NCBI GenBank assembly: GCA_964354985.1
Contig: CAYHBR010000001.1
Location: forward strand, 18,407-82,406
Source of the DNA: an uncultured Candidatus Saccharibacteria bacterium
GTDB taxonomy: Bacteria > Patescibacteriota > Minisyncoccia > Phycocordibacterales > UBA9973
Reading direction: 5' to 3'
DNA: 64,000 bases
Shown: positions 11,601-21,562 of the stretch, piece after piece
How the letters are laid out: every line of letters begins with the position of its first letter
Position numbering within the stretch: position 1 is the stretch's first letter
Position numbers and translations under genes: made by a program
Notes under the pieces: model-generated
Told to the model about the DNA's origin: nothing
The model's input: only the letters and a program-made list of their open reading frames with translations
Databases searched by the model: none

Positions 11601-11909
11601 TTATTTAGCGGCTTTAAGTTCTTTTCGTTTTACTGTGGGAGTTTTCTTTGGTAAAACATTTTTCTTTTTACCTTCAATGATTCCCTGCTTTACGAGAAAG
11701 TTGTGGACAGTGTCCGAAACCTGAGCACCGGTTTTGATGCGGTTTTTTACTTCTTCGGCGTCGACAATAAACTCACTTGAGTGAGGGTTGTAAGAACCTA
11801 GAACCTTTAGGAACTTGCCTGTTTTGGCTGCATTTTTATGATCCGTCAATATGATACGGAAGTGCGCCTGATTCTTTCGGCCTATGCGTTGCAATCTGAT
11901 CTTTAACAT
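11601..11909 (-). CDS. rpsP: 30S ribosomal protein S16
   Basis: MLKIRLQRIGRKNQ...LGSYNP...GAQVSDTV; start at ATG 11909. Confidence 0.97.
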   Translation of the reverse strand: MLKIRLQRIGRKNQAHFRIILTDHKNAAKTGKFLKVLGSYNPHSSEFIVDAEEVKNRIKTGAQVSDTVHNFLVKQGIIEGKKKNVLPKKTPTVKRKELKAAK

Positions 11910-12050
11910 GGCGCTTATATTAACAGAAACAAACGAAATTGGCAAATACCAACTTAATAACCAGTTTTTTAAAGAAAGACTTAGAGAAAAAATATTTAGA
12001 ATTAAACATTTTTTCTTGCTCATGTCAATATTTTGTGCTATTATAGTGTA

Positions 12051-14138
12051 ATGCAGAAAAAACAACATACTCATAAAAAACCGCAAACAAAAACTGACCC
12101 GAAACCTCAAAATAATATAACCAAATCAAAAGACCTCGTTGAAGGTATTTTAGTTATAACTACTCGTGGCTCTGGGGTTATTCGCTCAAAAGAAATTGAG
12201 AAATCGATTGAAATCGATGCGAGCAAATTAAATACCGGTCTCCACGGTGACATGGTCGTGGCAAAAGTTTTGGGACCATCTCGCTACCCCGACAGTCTCA
12301 TTGGTTCGGTTGAAAAAATTGTGCGTCGTTCAAAAGTTGCTCACGCAGGACTGCTCGCTCATCCGACCGACAAAAAAAGTGGAAATGACGCGAGCCAAAA
12401 TGAATGGATTATGACCGGCAATGATCATCGCCTCTACACCAAAGTCAGAATAACTGAATGGGAAGCTGGCACAACGCCAAACAATATCACTCCTGAAGAA
12501 ACAGTCGTCCTCGTCGCCATTACCAAGTGGCCAAAAGATGGAGTCATCGTGAACGCTATGAACGCTATTCCGAACGACAAACTTCCCGAAGGCAAAGTCA
12601 TCAAAATCGCTGGCAAAAAAGGCGAACCCGATACTGAAGAAAAAGTCTTTGCACTCGAACGCGGTTTCGACGGACACTTTCCCAAAGAAGTTGAGGCTGA
12701 AGCACAAAAAATCCGTGAAGATTTTAAAGTCGAACAAACTGAAAAAGACCGTCGCGATATGCGCGGAGTTTTTACTTGTACAATCGACCCAAAAGATGCC
12801 AAAGATTTTGACGACGCTATTTCAATGCAAATTCTCCCAAATGGTAATACTGAAATAGGAGTGCATATAGCCGATGTTGCTTTTTTCGTTCAACCAGGCA
12901 CAGCTCTCGACGCCGAAGCTCGCGAACGAGCGACAAGTGTATATCTCGTTGACCGCACAATACCAATGCTTCCTGAAGTTCTCTCAAACGACCTATGTTC
13001 TCTTACTCCCGCTACTGACAAATGTGCCATGAGCGCTATTGTTGAACTTACCCCAAAAAATGAAATCGTAAACACATGGTACGGACGGACAATTATTCAT
13101 TCTCAAAAAAGATTTACTTACGAAGAAGCATTTGATGTTCTTGAAAATGGCGGTAAATATGAAAACGAACTTAACACTTTAAATAAAATTGCGAAATATC
13201 TGCGAAATAAAAGAATGCAGGGAGGCGCTCTTTCACTTGAAAGTGATGAAATAAAATTCACGCTCGATGATTTTGGTTTTCCAACAGGTATCACTCGCAA
13301 AGTTCGCAACGACGCCCACAAACTTGTCGAAGAATTTATGTTGCTTGCAAACTCTCTCGTCGCAGAAGAGCTTGGTGAAAATAAAGCCGAGGAGCTCGGC
13401 GGTGCTATGCTTTACCGTATTCACGAAAAACCATCTCTTGAAAAAATGATGGATCTGGTTACTTTTATGCACAGTCTGGGTCACGAAACAGAATTAGTAA
13501 AAGGCATTGTTCCCGCTCATGTACTTGCAAAAATTATTGCCAAAACAGAAGATGAAAATGTACGCGAGATAATGCAAAGTGTTATTATTCGTAGCCAACA
13601 AAAAGCAATATATTCTGGAGACAACAAAGGCCACTTTGGGCTTGCTCTTGTATATTACACTCACTTTACTTCTCCGATTCGCCGATACCCGGACGTTGTC
13701 ATTCACAGACTTCTTGCTGAAATTTCCGAAGGCAAGAAAACAAATAAAAATGAGAAAAAATCATTCGTCGAAATTGCCGCCCATGCTTCGATGCGTGAAG
13801 TAGATGCACAAGAAGCCGAACGCGCATCAGACAAGTACTACCAGACTCTATATATGCGCGACAAGGTTGGTCAAATACTTTCTGGAACAGTCACGGGACT
13901 CAACGACCGCGGACTTTATGTTCGCGATGACATTAGTTATTCAGAAGGCTTTGTCAGATTTAAGGATCAGTTCAATGAAAAATTTGTTTTCAGCCGAAAA
14001 AATTACACTGCAATCGGGGAAAAATCTCGAACACGATTTGCTCTCGGCGATAAAATAAAAGTAAAAGTAACTGACGTTCGCCCTGACAGACGCGAAATTG
14101 ATTTTAAGCTTGTTAAAGAAGGAGAAGAGCAGATATAA
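12051..14138 (+). CDS. rnr: Ribonuclease R (RNB family)
   Basis: TIDPKDAKDFDDA, HFGL...YTHFTSPIRRYPD, C-terminal S1 domain. Confidence 0.95.
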   Translation: MQKKQHTHKKPQTKTDPKPQNNITKSKDLVEGILVITTRGSGVIRSKEIEKSIEIDASKLNTGLHGDMVVAKVLGPSRYPDSLIGSVEKIVRRSKVAHAGLLAHPTDKKSGNDASQNEWIMTGNDHRLYTKVRITEWEAGTTPNNITPEETVVLVAITKWPKDGVIVNAMNAIPNDKLPEGKVIKIAGKKGEPDTEEKVFALERGFDGHFPKEVEAEAQKIREDFKVEQTEKDRRDMRGVFTCTIDPKDAKDFDDAISMQILPNGNTEIGVHIADVAFFVQPGTALDAEARERATSVYLVDRTIPMLPEVLSNDLCSLTPATDKCAMSAIVELTPKNEIVNTWYGRTIIHSQKRFTYEEAFDVLENGGKYENELNTLNKIAKYLRNKRMQGGALSLESDEIKFTLDDFGFPTGITRKVRNDAHKLVEEFMLLANSLVAEELGENKAEELGGAMLYRIHEKPSLEKMMDLVTFMHSLGHETELVKGIVPAHVLAKIIAKTEDENVREIMQSVIIRSQQKAIYSGDNKGHFGLALVYYTHFTSPIRRYPDVVIHRLLAEISEGKKTNKNEKKSFVEIAAHASMREVDAQEAERASDKYYQTLYMRDKVGQILSGTVTGLNDRGLYVRDDISYSEGFVRFKDQFNEKFVFSRKNYTAIGEKSRTRFALGDKIKVKVTDVRPDRREIDFKLVKEGEEQI

Positions 14139-14150
14139 TTTAATAAAATT

Positions 14151-15203
14151 ATGGGTAAAAAAACAAGCATAATTTTTGGAATAATTTTTATTTTTTTAGG
14201 GTTATTTTTTGTTTTTCGAGAAATTAAAATTTTTGATAAAATTTCTAGCTTGGGAGTCGTAAATTACTCACCCGCCCAAGTTGGGAATTTATTAGAAAAA
14301 ACGGAGCCTGCTAAAATACCAGGTGTAACTTTAACTTTCGCCGGAGATATGATGCTTGACCGAGGAGTAGAGAGCTCAGTGAAGAAAAACTTTGCTGGAG
14401 ATTTTTCTATGCTTTTTGTAAATGCGAGTGAACTGTTTTTAAATGACGATATAACTTTTTTAAACCTTGAAGGCCCGGTTTCTGACAAAGGACACAATGT
14501 GGGTAGTAAATATTCTTTTGAAATGAACCCGCTAGTTTTACCGGTAATAAAAAATTCTGGAATTGATGTTGTTAGTTTCGCAAATAATCATGTCGGTGAT
14601 TATACTATTATAGCGTTTAAAGATACACTTGTTCGTCTTTCTGAAAATAATATTCTATTTGCCGGCGCCGGTAATAATTATACCGAAGCAAAAACTCCAA
14701 CTATTATCACAAAAAATGGAATGACTGTAGGGTACTTGGCATTTTCTGATGTTGGACCAAATTGGTTGCCGGCTAAAGATGGCAACCCAGGAAAAAACAC
14801 AAGTGACAATGCGGGAATACTCCTTGCTAGTGATCCAAATTTTTCTCAAATCATTTCTGAAGCAAAAACTAAGGTCGATGTGTTAGTGGTTTCTTTCCAT
14901 TGGGGCGATGAATACAAGGCCCATAATATACGCCAAGAAAAACTGGCTCATTTGGCTATTGATTCCGGTGCCGATATTATTGCGGGCGGACACCCACATG
15001 TCGCCCAAGATCTTGAAACATACAATGATAAGCTAATTATTTATTCACTTGGTAATTTCATTTTTGACCAATATTTTTCGAAAGAAACAATGCAAGGACT
15101 GGTTGTCCAAACTACTATTTCAAAAGACGGAGTAATAACCGATACAAAGAAATACACAAACCAACTAAACAAATTTTACGCAATTGAGTCAATTGTGAGA
15201 TAA
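14151..15203 (+). CDS. CapA-family metallophosphoesterase, membrane anchored
   Basis: AGDMMLDR, NLEGP, ANNHVGDY, HWGDEY, GGHPHV, YSLGNFIF; N-terminal TM helix. Confidence 0.92.
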   Translation: MGKKTSIIFGIIFIFLGLFFVFREIKIFDKISSLGVVNYSPAQVGNLLEKTEPAKIPGVTLTFAGDMMLDRGVESSVKKNFAGDFSMLFVNASELFLNDDITFLNLEGPVSDKGHNVGSKYSFEMNPLVLPVIKNSGIDVVSFANNHVGDYTIIAFKDTLVRLSENNILFAGAGNNYTEAKTPTIITKNGMTVGYLAFSDVGPNWLPAKDGNPGKNTSDNAGILLASDPNFSQIISEAKTKVDVLVVSFHWGDEYKAHNIRQEKLAHLAIDSGADIIAGGHPHVAQDLETYNDKLIIYSLGNFIFDQYFSKETMQGLVVQTTISKDGVITDTKKYTNQLNKFYAIESIVR

Positions 15204-15217
15204 TATAGAGTCAAATT

Positions 15218-17002
15218 ATGGATGTCCCGTTTTATAAAAAATTCCTGTATGGCGCATCAATATTTATTGGTGTTTTTGCTATCGGAATTGGGGCAGGTTT
15301 CGCTATTGATAAAGTACAAAGCATAAGGCAAACTGCTGCAATTGCCAATGCAATCACCGGAGATGAAAATAATACAGTTACTGGAGTGGACTCTGAGGCA
15401 GAAGAAAACACCATCCCTGACTACTCGGTTTCCCAGCTATCCTCAACCAACAACAATCTCCCTGGTATTACACTTACTTTTACAGGCGATATCAAGCTAA
15501 ATGGGAGTATGAAAAATCTAGTAAAAACAAAACTAGATGGTGATTACCAAAAAATATTTGGAGCAGCCAAAGGTTTGATCGAAAAAGCAGATATTACATA
15601 TGGAAACTTCGTTGGTACTTTTGGAAATACTGACAGCAACAAAACTGAAGTAGGAGCTCTCAAAGGACTCCAGCAATCTGGCTTTGATGTTTTGTCACTT
15701 AGTTATACTGGCTCAAATCTTTCTATAAAAAACTTAACTGAAACAATGCTTTCTATCGACGGCAATGGTCTTCTGCGAACTGGCGCTGGTTGGTCATATG
15801 CCAATGCTCGTGAACCAAGGCTTATTGAAAAAGATGGCGAAACTATTGGCTACTTATCTTTTTCTGATAATAAAAATGATTGGCCAAAAGCATTTGAAAA
15901 AGATGCGGGCATACTATCCGCAAATGATCCTCAGATAGAAGAAATAATTTCCGAAGCCAGAGCAAAAAGTAATGTTTTAGTTGTGAGTTTCAATTGGGCA
16001 GAGTCCAGTAAAACTCACACACTCAGGCAAGAACTTCTTGCACACACAGCAATAGATTCTGGTGCTTCAATTGTTGTTGGTCATTATGGCAACAATTTAC
16101 AAGACATCGAATATTATCACGGTGGACTTATTGCCTACAACCTTGGAAATCTTTTAACAGGATCTGGGACTAAAGCTGATGGTATTCATGGTCTGATTTT
16201 AGAAACCAATATTAGCCATGGTGTTATCAACAACATTCGTGCCTATGGAGTAACTGAACATAAAAATGGTTACATAGATTCTGTAAACGAAATCTCAGCC
16301 GAATCACTGATCCGTGAAAAAGGTGTTATAAACCAAAAATCGGAGCCTAAAGATTTTGAAAAAATTCTTCCATACAGCATCGCAAGAAATACTGTAAGCC
16401 GTGGTCCGAAAGTAAATAAAGTTGCTATCACAATTGATGATGGCTGGAATCCAGTTGCTGTCAAAAGAGCTCTCGATGTTTTGAGTACGAAAAGTGCAAA
16501 AGCTACTTTCTTTATTGTTGGGTCAGTCGCTGAAGCAAACAATCTAAATCTTATTCGTGCGGTGACGAATGGCATCGAATTAGGAAATCATACCGAAAAT
16601 CACGGCTGGCTAACACTTATGGGACAGGCACAAATCGCCAAAGAAATGGCTGGTTGGCAAACGAAAATTGATGCTGCGATAAACCAACATTACGAAACTT
16701 TTTGGTTTAGACCACCTTTTATGGCTGGTTTTATTGGACATACTCCGACCGCTGAGTTAGTTACAAAAATCGCCAAAGAAAAAAATATGCGCATTGCACT
16801 TTGGGGTATCGATCCATATTCTGGTGTTTCAGAAAAAGCCAATGCACCAGCGATAACAAATTATATAGTTTCAAAAGCTGAACCCGGAAGTATTATCCTT
16901 CTTCATTTTTCCAAAGAACACATCATTGCTCTTCCAGATATTATAGACGGCCTTCGTGCCAAAGGACTTGAGCCTGTCACGATGTCTGAACTAATGAAAT
17001 AA
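15218..17002 (+). CDS. Degenerate CapA domain fused to NodB-type polysaccharide deacetylase
   Basis: CapA-like segment (TGDI, YNLGN) with metal-binding His lost; C-terminal TIDDG, ATFF, GNHTENH, FRPPF, GSIILLH. Confidence 0.88.
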   Translation: MDVPFYKKFLYGASIFIGVFAIGIGAGFAIDKVQSIRQTAAIANAITGDENNTVTGVDSEAEENTIPDYSVSQLSSTNNNLPGITLTFTGDIKLNGSMKNLVKTKLDGDYQKIFGAAKGLIEKADITYGNFVGTFGNTDSNKTEVGALKGLQQSGFDVLSLSYTGSNLSIKNLTETMLSIDGNGLLRTGAGWSYANAREPRLIEKDGETIGYLSFSDNKNDWPKAFEKDAGILSANDPQIEEIISEARAKSNVLVVSFNWAESSKTHTLRQELLAHTAIDSGASIVVGHYGNNLQDIEYYHGGLIAYNLGNLLTGSGTKADGIHGLILETNISHGVINNIRAYGVTEHKNGYIDSVNEISAESLIREKGVINQKSEPKDFEKILPYSIARNTVSRGPKVNKVAITIDDGWNPVAVKRALDVLSTKSAKATFFIVGSVAEANNLNLIRAVTNGIELGNHTENHGWLTLMGQAQIAKEMAGWQTKIDAAINQHYETFWFRPPFMAGFIGHTPTAELVTKIAKEKNMRIALWGIDPYSGVSEKANAPAITNYIVSKAEPGSIILLHFSKEHIIALPDIIDGLRAKGLEPVTMSELMK

Positions 17003-17053
17003 AAAAAAACCGCCCCTTATAAAAAGAGACGGCTCTAAACTTATTTGAAAAAA

Positions 17054-17653
17054 TCAATGCATTTCATTTTTTTCTTTACTAGGGCTAGTGTTGTTTTTGC
17101 CATAGTGGTTGTGAACTTGACCGTGGTAATTTGTCACCGGCCCGTGGTAATTTGTAGTACCACCACCTCCTGTAGATGGATTACTGTTATTATTTCTCGA
17201 AGTGCTGGTTATTAAAAACACAACTCCTCCAAAAATTAATAATAAAAGCAGTACCCCAAAACCCTGGAAAAATCCAAAATCAGAATAATAAAAATGATGA
17301 CAACTTGATATTTCGTCGCAATGACTTTGTCCTGAAAATGTTGGGCAATTCACATTGACGATAACATCGCCTTCGTTGCGAACCACTCGAGCACTTTTAT
17401 CCGAACAACCAATGTCGTTCGTGACTTTGCGCTGAGACGGCATTATTCGGTGTGTAGGTTCCGAAATTCGAGGCCCTTGTGAATATTGAAACGGAGGGCA
17501 AGGCGGGCATGGATTATCATTTCTGATTAATGTGGCTTGTGTCTCATTTGGTGCCTGATGTTGCTCCAATAAAACTCCGCTTTGAATTGGTGTCGCCGTA
17601 GCAACTAATGTAATCGCGAACATCGCGAAGGCAATTGCAATGATTTTTTTCAT
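17054..17653 (-). CDS. Hypothetical exported/membrane protein
   Basis: Signal peptide, Cys-containing region, TM helix, (T/H)N(Y/H)HG-like tail repeats. Confidence 0.75.
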   Translation of the reverse strand: MKKIIAIAFAMFAITLVATATPIQSGVLLEQHQAPNETQATLIRNDNPCPPCPPFQYSQGPRISEPTHRIMPSQRKVTNDIGCSDKSARVVRNEGDVIVNVNCPTFSGQSHCDEISSCHHFYYSDFGFFQGFGVLLLLLIFGGVVFLITSTSRNNNSNPSTGGGGTTNYHGPVTNYHGQVHNHYGKNNTSPSKEKNEMH

Positions 17654-17795
17654 TTCTCTATTTTTTTAGTAAGGTTAGAATTGCCAGTATTATAGCACAT
17701 AACAGTCTATTTTGTCAAGCACAATAAAGGGATGGTCGGGAAGCCATTATCTATGGGTATCATCTTATATAAAACGAGTTTTTGTAAAGGCGAAT

Positions 17796-20153
17796 TTATT
17801 TCGCTACTGCAAGCGCCTCCTCAAATTGTATTGAGAGTAATTTAGATCCCCCATCTGCCCCGACAGTAACACCGTAAAGTGCATCCGCTCGGGACATAGT
17901 TTCGCGATTGTGAGTGACAACTATGAGCTGAGAAACTTTTGAAAGTTCAACAATAAGATCACCGTACTTACGAGAATTGGCTTCGTCGAGTGCAGCATCC
18001 GTTTCGTCAAGAACAAGAAATGGTGGTGGATTCACTTGTGACATTGCAAAAAGAAGAGCAATAGAAGTGAGGGATCTTTCGCCACCAGAGAGCATTGTCA
18101 GTTCACGAACTTTTTTTTGAGGCAAAGAAACATTGATATCTATTCCCTGCTCGAAATGCTCTTCGGTATCTCCGTCGCCTGCCAAATCACTTTCAAATTC
18201 CATATCTTCTTCTATCCCGCGACGCTTACGAGGTTTTTCAACAATTACAGAAAGAAATGCATTTCCTCCTCCAAACATTAACGCAAAGAATTTTTGAAAT
18301 TCAATATTTATTTTCTCAATACCAGTTTTAAATTCTACATCTAATTTATCTTTAAGATCGCTTATCATTTCTTCGAGTGACTTCATTGCAAGATTTACAT
18401 CTTCAAGTTCGTGCGTCAAAAAACCATCTCGCTCAACAACCTCATCGTGCTCCTTTATAACATCACCTGCACCACCAATACCAGCTTCTTCAAGTTTTAT
18501 TTTTATGCGTTCTATTTTCTTGCGACGATCTTCTTGGAGAGAACGGTCTTCCAATATTTCACCAATATTCTCATTCTGGCCTGCGCTTTCTTTATTTGAA
18601 TTATCATTTTCTCTATTTACACGAAGCATATGAGCCCCGAGCAAAGCTGATGCTTCGCGCATTTCCTCATCGAAATCCAACTTTGTTTTCAGAAGAGCAT
18701 TTTTTCGGAATGAAAGTTTCTCGAGCTCTGACTCAAGTCTATTTTTCTCCATCAAAAACTCATAGCGTTTGCCTTCCTTAGCTCGGCGATCTTTTTCCTC
18801 TTCCTCGTATTTTTTCTTGGCAGTTTCCTCGCGTGATTTCAATTCTAATTCCTTTTCACCTATCTCATCGAGCGCATCTTCGATAGCATTTTTTTCAGAA
18901 ATAAGTGATTTGATTTTTGAATCATCAACAACATCACTTTGGTTACTATTATTTAAATAATTGGCATTACCTTCTTTTGAAACATAAGTCTGGCGAAATT
19001 GCCCGACGGCTATTTGCATCTTTTTAAGAGTTGGGATTATTTCATGAATATTGGTTTGTGATAAAACAAAAGAAATAAGTCTTTCCATCTCACTCAGCAG
19101 TTCAGAAACTCGCTCCCCGGAGATAGCTTCATTTGCCTCACTTACTCCGGCAATTTCTTTTTCATTTTGACGCTCATTCTCAACCTCAAGCAAAGCTTCG
19201 ATGCGTCCGAGTTTTCGCGAAAGATCATCGTAGGTTCGGCGTAAAGTTTCTCGGTCGGTGGCAAGCATTCCAAGCTCTACTGGTTTTGATAAATTGCGAA
19301 CATCTTCCGAAATGAGTGACAAATCTTTTTGCAAATTACCAAGCAATTCTTTTATCCCTTGTTCTTCTTCTCCGAAAGTTTTTTCACCATCTATAATATA
19401 TTTCTCCTCGCGAACAATATACTCACGATAAAGCTCGGCGAGTTCTTGGCGGAGTGTTTCAGCTTTTTGGATTTTCTCGACTTGGCGCTTTAGAAATGCC
19501 AAGCGTGGTGCAAGTTCACGCTTTTGAACCAAAACTTCTTTCATATTTTCTCGAGTCTTTATAAGTTTACGGTCAGCATCTTTTAGACGATATTGATAGA
19601 CCTTGAGTCCGAGCGCGTCCTCGATCATATCTTTTCGGTCGCGTGAATTTGAAGATAAAAGCCGGTCAGCCTCACCTTGAGAAATAATATGGTGACCAGA
19701 TGCACCAATATGCACACTAGTAAGCAGTTCTAGAATATCTTTGAGGCGAACTTCAGAACCATTTAAAAGATATCGGGAAACACCATCAGCGTAAACTTCT
19801 CGAGTAATTGTTATTTCATCAAAATCGAGTCCGCCGTTGTGGTTTCCAGTTTTCCCAGATGACGGAGAATTTTGTGGAAATTTAAAAACTTTTGTTTTGT
19901 TATCGAAAGTAATTGAAACCGAGGCACGGTTGAGTTTGCTGAGAGATTTTGAGCCTTTGAAAATGAGATCGCTACCAGACTTACCACGCATCGACTTCAT
20001 CGACTGCTCGCCGAGCACAAAACGGAGCGCTTCGACGACATTACTTTTACCCGATCCGTTCGGCCCAACAATAGACGTCACTGGACGCTCAAATGAAAGC
20101 ACGCTTTTTTTGGCAAATGATTTGAAGCCTGACAGCTCGAGCGTTTTTAGCAT
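17796..20153 (-). CDS. smc: SMC-family chromosome segregation ATPase (short, 785 aa)
   Basis: GFKSFA, GPNGSGKSN, LSGGERS, PFLVLDETDAALD; coiled coils. Confidence 0.93.
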   Translation of the reverse strand: MLKTLELSGFKSFAKKSVLSFERPVTSIVGPNGSGKSNVVEALRFVLGEQSMKSMRGKSGSDLIFKGSKSLSKLNRASVSITFDNKTKVFKFPQNSPSSGKTGNHNGGLDFDEITITREVYADGVSRYLLNGSEVRLKDILELLTSVHIGASGHHIISQGEADRLLSSNSRDRKDMIEDALGLKVYQYRLKDADRKLIKTRENMKEVLVQKRELAPRLAFLKRQVEKIQKAETLRQELAELYREYIVREEKYIIDGEKTFGEEEQGIKELLGNLQKDLSLISEDVRNLSKPVELGMLATDRETLRRTYDDLSRKLGRIEALLEVENERQNEKEIAGVSEANEAISGERVSELLSEMERLISFVLSQTNIHEIIPTLKKMQIAVGQFRQTYVSKEGNANYLNNSNQSDVVDDSKIKSLISEKNAIEDALDEIGEKELELKSREETAKKKYEEEEKDRRAKEGKRYEFLMEKNRLESELEKLSFRKNALLKTKLDFDEEMREASALLGAHMLRVNRENDNSNKESAGQNENIGEILEDRSLQEDRRKKIERIKIKLEEAGIGGAGDVIKEHDEVVERDGFLTHELEDVNLAMKSLEEMISDLKDKLDVEFKTGIEKINIEFQKFFALMFGGGNAFLSVIVEKPRKRRGIEEDMEFESDLAGDGDTEEHFEQGIDINVSLPQKKVRELTMLSGGERSLTSIALLFAMSQVNPPPFLVLDETDAALDEANSRKYGDLIVELSKVSQLIVVTHNRETMSRADALYGVTVGADGGSKLLSIQFEEALAVAK

Positions 20154-20239
20154 GTTGCTTCTATTTTACGGGAAAAAGTCGAGAAATCAAAGGGAAAAAC
20201 TTGATAATAAATTTATCTATATTTGGTATCTTAACCACT

Positions 20240-20490
20240 ATGTCACAAACAACCATGACGGTGAGCTTATTCTACAAATAGCCAAGGATTACTACGAGTC
20301 GAGATTGAAATCTACAATACTCATATCAGGAGACGGTGATTACCATTGCATCATCGAGTTCCTGAAGGAAAAACGGGTGCCGATCACAATCATTTCACCA
20401 AATAAAAGTTATCTTTCATCTTTATTGAGAAAGACGAGAGTTCCAATAGTCATTTTAGAAGATTTCAAACATAAATTAAAAGTAAAATGA
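20240..20490 (+). pseudogene. NYN/LabA (PIN-fold) domain C-terminal fragment
   Basis: DGELILQ...ILISGDGDYHCIIEFL...IISP...LSSLLRK; N-terminal half absent and ATG 20240 region is in another frame. Confidence 0.7.
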
Positions 20491-20575
20491 AAAAGCCCCG
20501 GATATGCCGTGACATATCAAGGGTCTCTTTCATACTGATAGGAATATCATAATATATTACCTAAAGACATGCAAG

Positions 20576-21562
20576 TTATTGTAATGTTAATTCTTGCCTT
20601 ATCTTATATCCATTACCATGTTTCAGAAAACCCAAATATGATTGGACTATGTTTTCTTTTCTACCACTTTTCTGAATACACTTCCACATTCTTCGTTTAG
20701 TTACCGTTCGGAGCACTTTATGCCTATGGAAATGAACCCAGCCGAGAAAATCCACGCCAGAAGCCAAGGTTTTTATAAAAACTTTGTCGGGGTGCAGAGA
20801 TAGCTTCAAATTTTCGGTCAAAAAAACTGATATCTGGGACAAGATGGTTTCAAGACTTTTCTTGTCTTGTGACAAAAAGACAAAATCATCAGCGTATCTG
20901 ATGTAGTGTCTTGCTTTCAGCTTATGCTTCACGAACTGGTCAAACTCATTCATATAAATATTTACTAGGATTTGAGAAGTAAGGTTGCCGAGTGGTAAGC
21001 CTTTACCTTTTTCTATTGAATGAAAGCTCATAATAATTTTGGACAATAACCATAGGATATTTTGGTCAGGGATATAACTTGTCATAATTTTAGTTAGCAC
21101 CTCTTGGTCTATCGAAGCAAAAAACTTTCTGATGTCACATTTCAAAACCCAGACTGTCTTTGTATTATTTTTTGAAACGATATTTGAAAAAGCCTCAAAT
21201 CTACTCATCGCCTTGTGTGTTCCTTTTCCTTTTCTACAAGAGAAAGAATCGGAAATAAATGTCTTGTCGAAAAATGGGTATAACTTACGATAAAGTGCAC
21301 GGTGAAGCAACCTATCTCGCACGCAAGCTTTGTGTATACTCCTGGGTTTTGGATCTGAAATATTAAAAGCTTTGTACGGTGAATGTAAATATGTTTTATT
21401 GTAAAGATCATTGTGAAGCGCAATAATATTACCCATAAGGTTTCTCTGAAATAATTGAACATCTTTTCTTTGTCTCTTCCCTTTTACAAATTCACCCCAT
21501 GCTTCAAGCAAATTTTCAAGCGATATGATATCTTGGTATGTATGATCGAATTTAATTCTCAT
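20576..21562 (-). CDS. DGR reverse transcriptase
   Basis: KPRSI...VRDRLLH, SFSCRKGKGTH, CDIRKFF, GLPLGNLTSQ (DGR-type SQ), RYADDF; 328 aa with no maturase or endonuclease domain. Confidence 0.96.
   Translation of the reverse strand: MRIKFDHTYQDIISLENLLEAWGEFVKGKRQRKDVQLFQRNLMGNIIALHNDLYNKTYLHSPYKAFNISDPKPRSIHKACVRDRLLHRALYRKLYPFFDKTFISDSFSCRKGKGTHKAMSRFEAFSNIVSKNNTKTVWVLKCDIRKFFASIDQEVLTKIMTSYIPDQNILWLLSKIIMSFHSIEKGKGLPLGNLTSQILVNIYMNEFDQFVKHKLKARHYIRYADDFVFLSQDKKSLETILSQISVFLTENLKLSLHPDKVFIKTLASGVDFLGWVHFHRHKVLRTVTKRRMWKCIQKSGRKENIVQSYLGFLKHGNGYKIRQELTLQ

Noticed and set aside
19837-20240. N-terminal part of the 217-aa ORF 19837-20490
   Set aside because: Antisense to smc; only the last 80 or so residues (NYN fragment) look real.
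20576-21562. RTs as group II intron or retron enzymes
   Set aside because: They are short, carry the LGNLTSQ motif, lack a maturase domain or retron VTG motif, and have adjacent A-specific TR/VR pairs.
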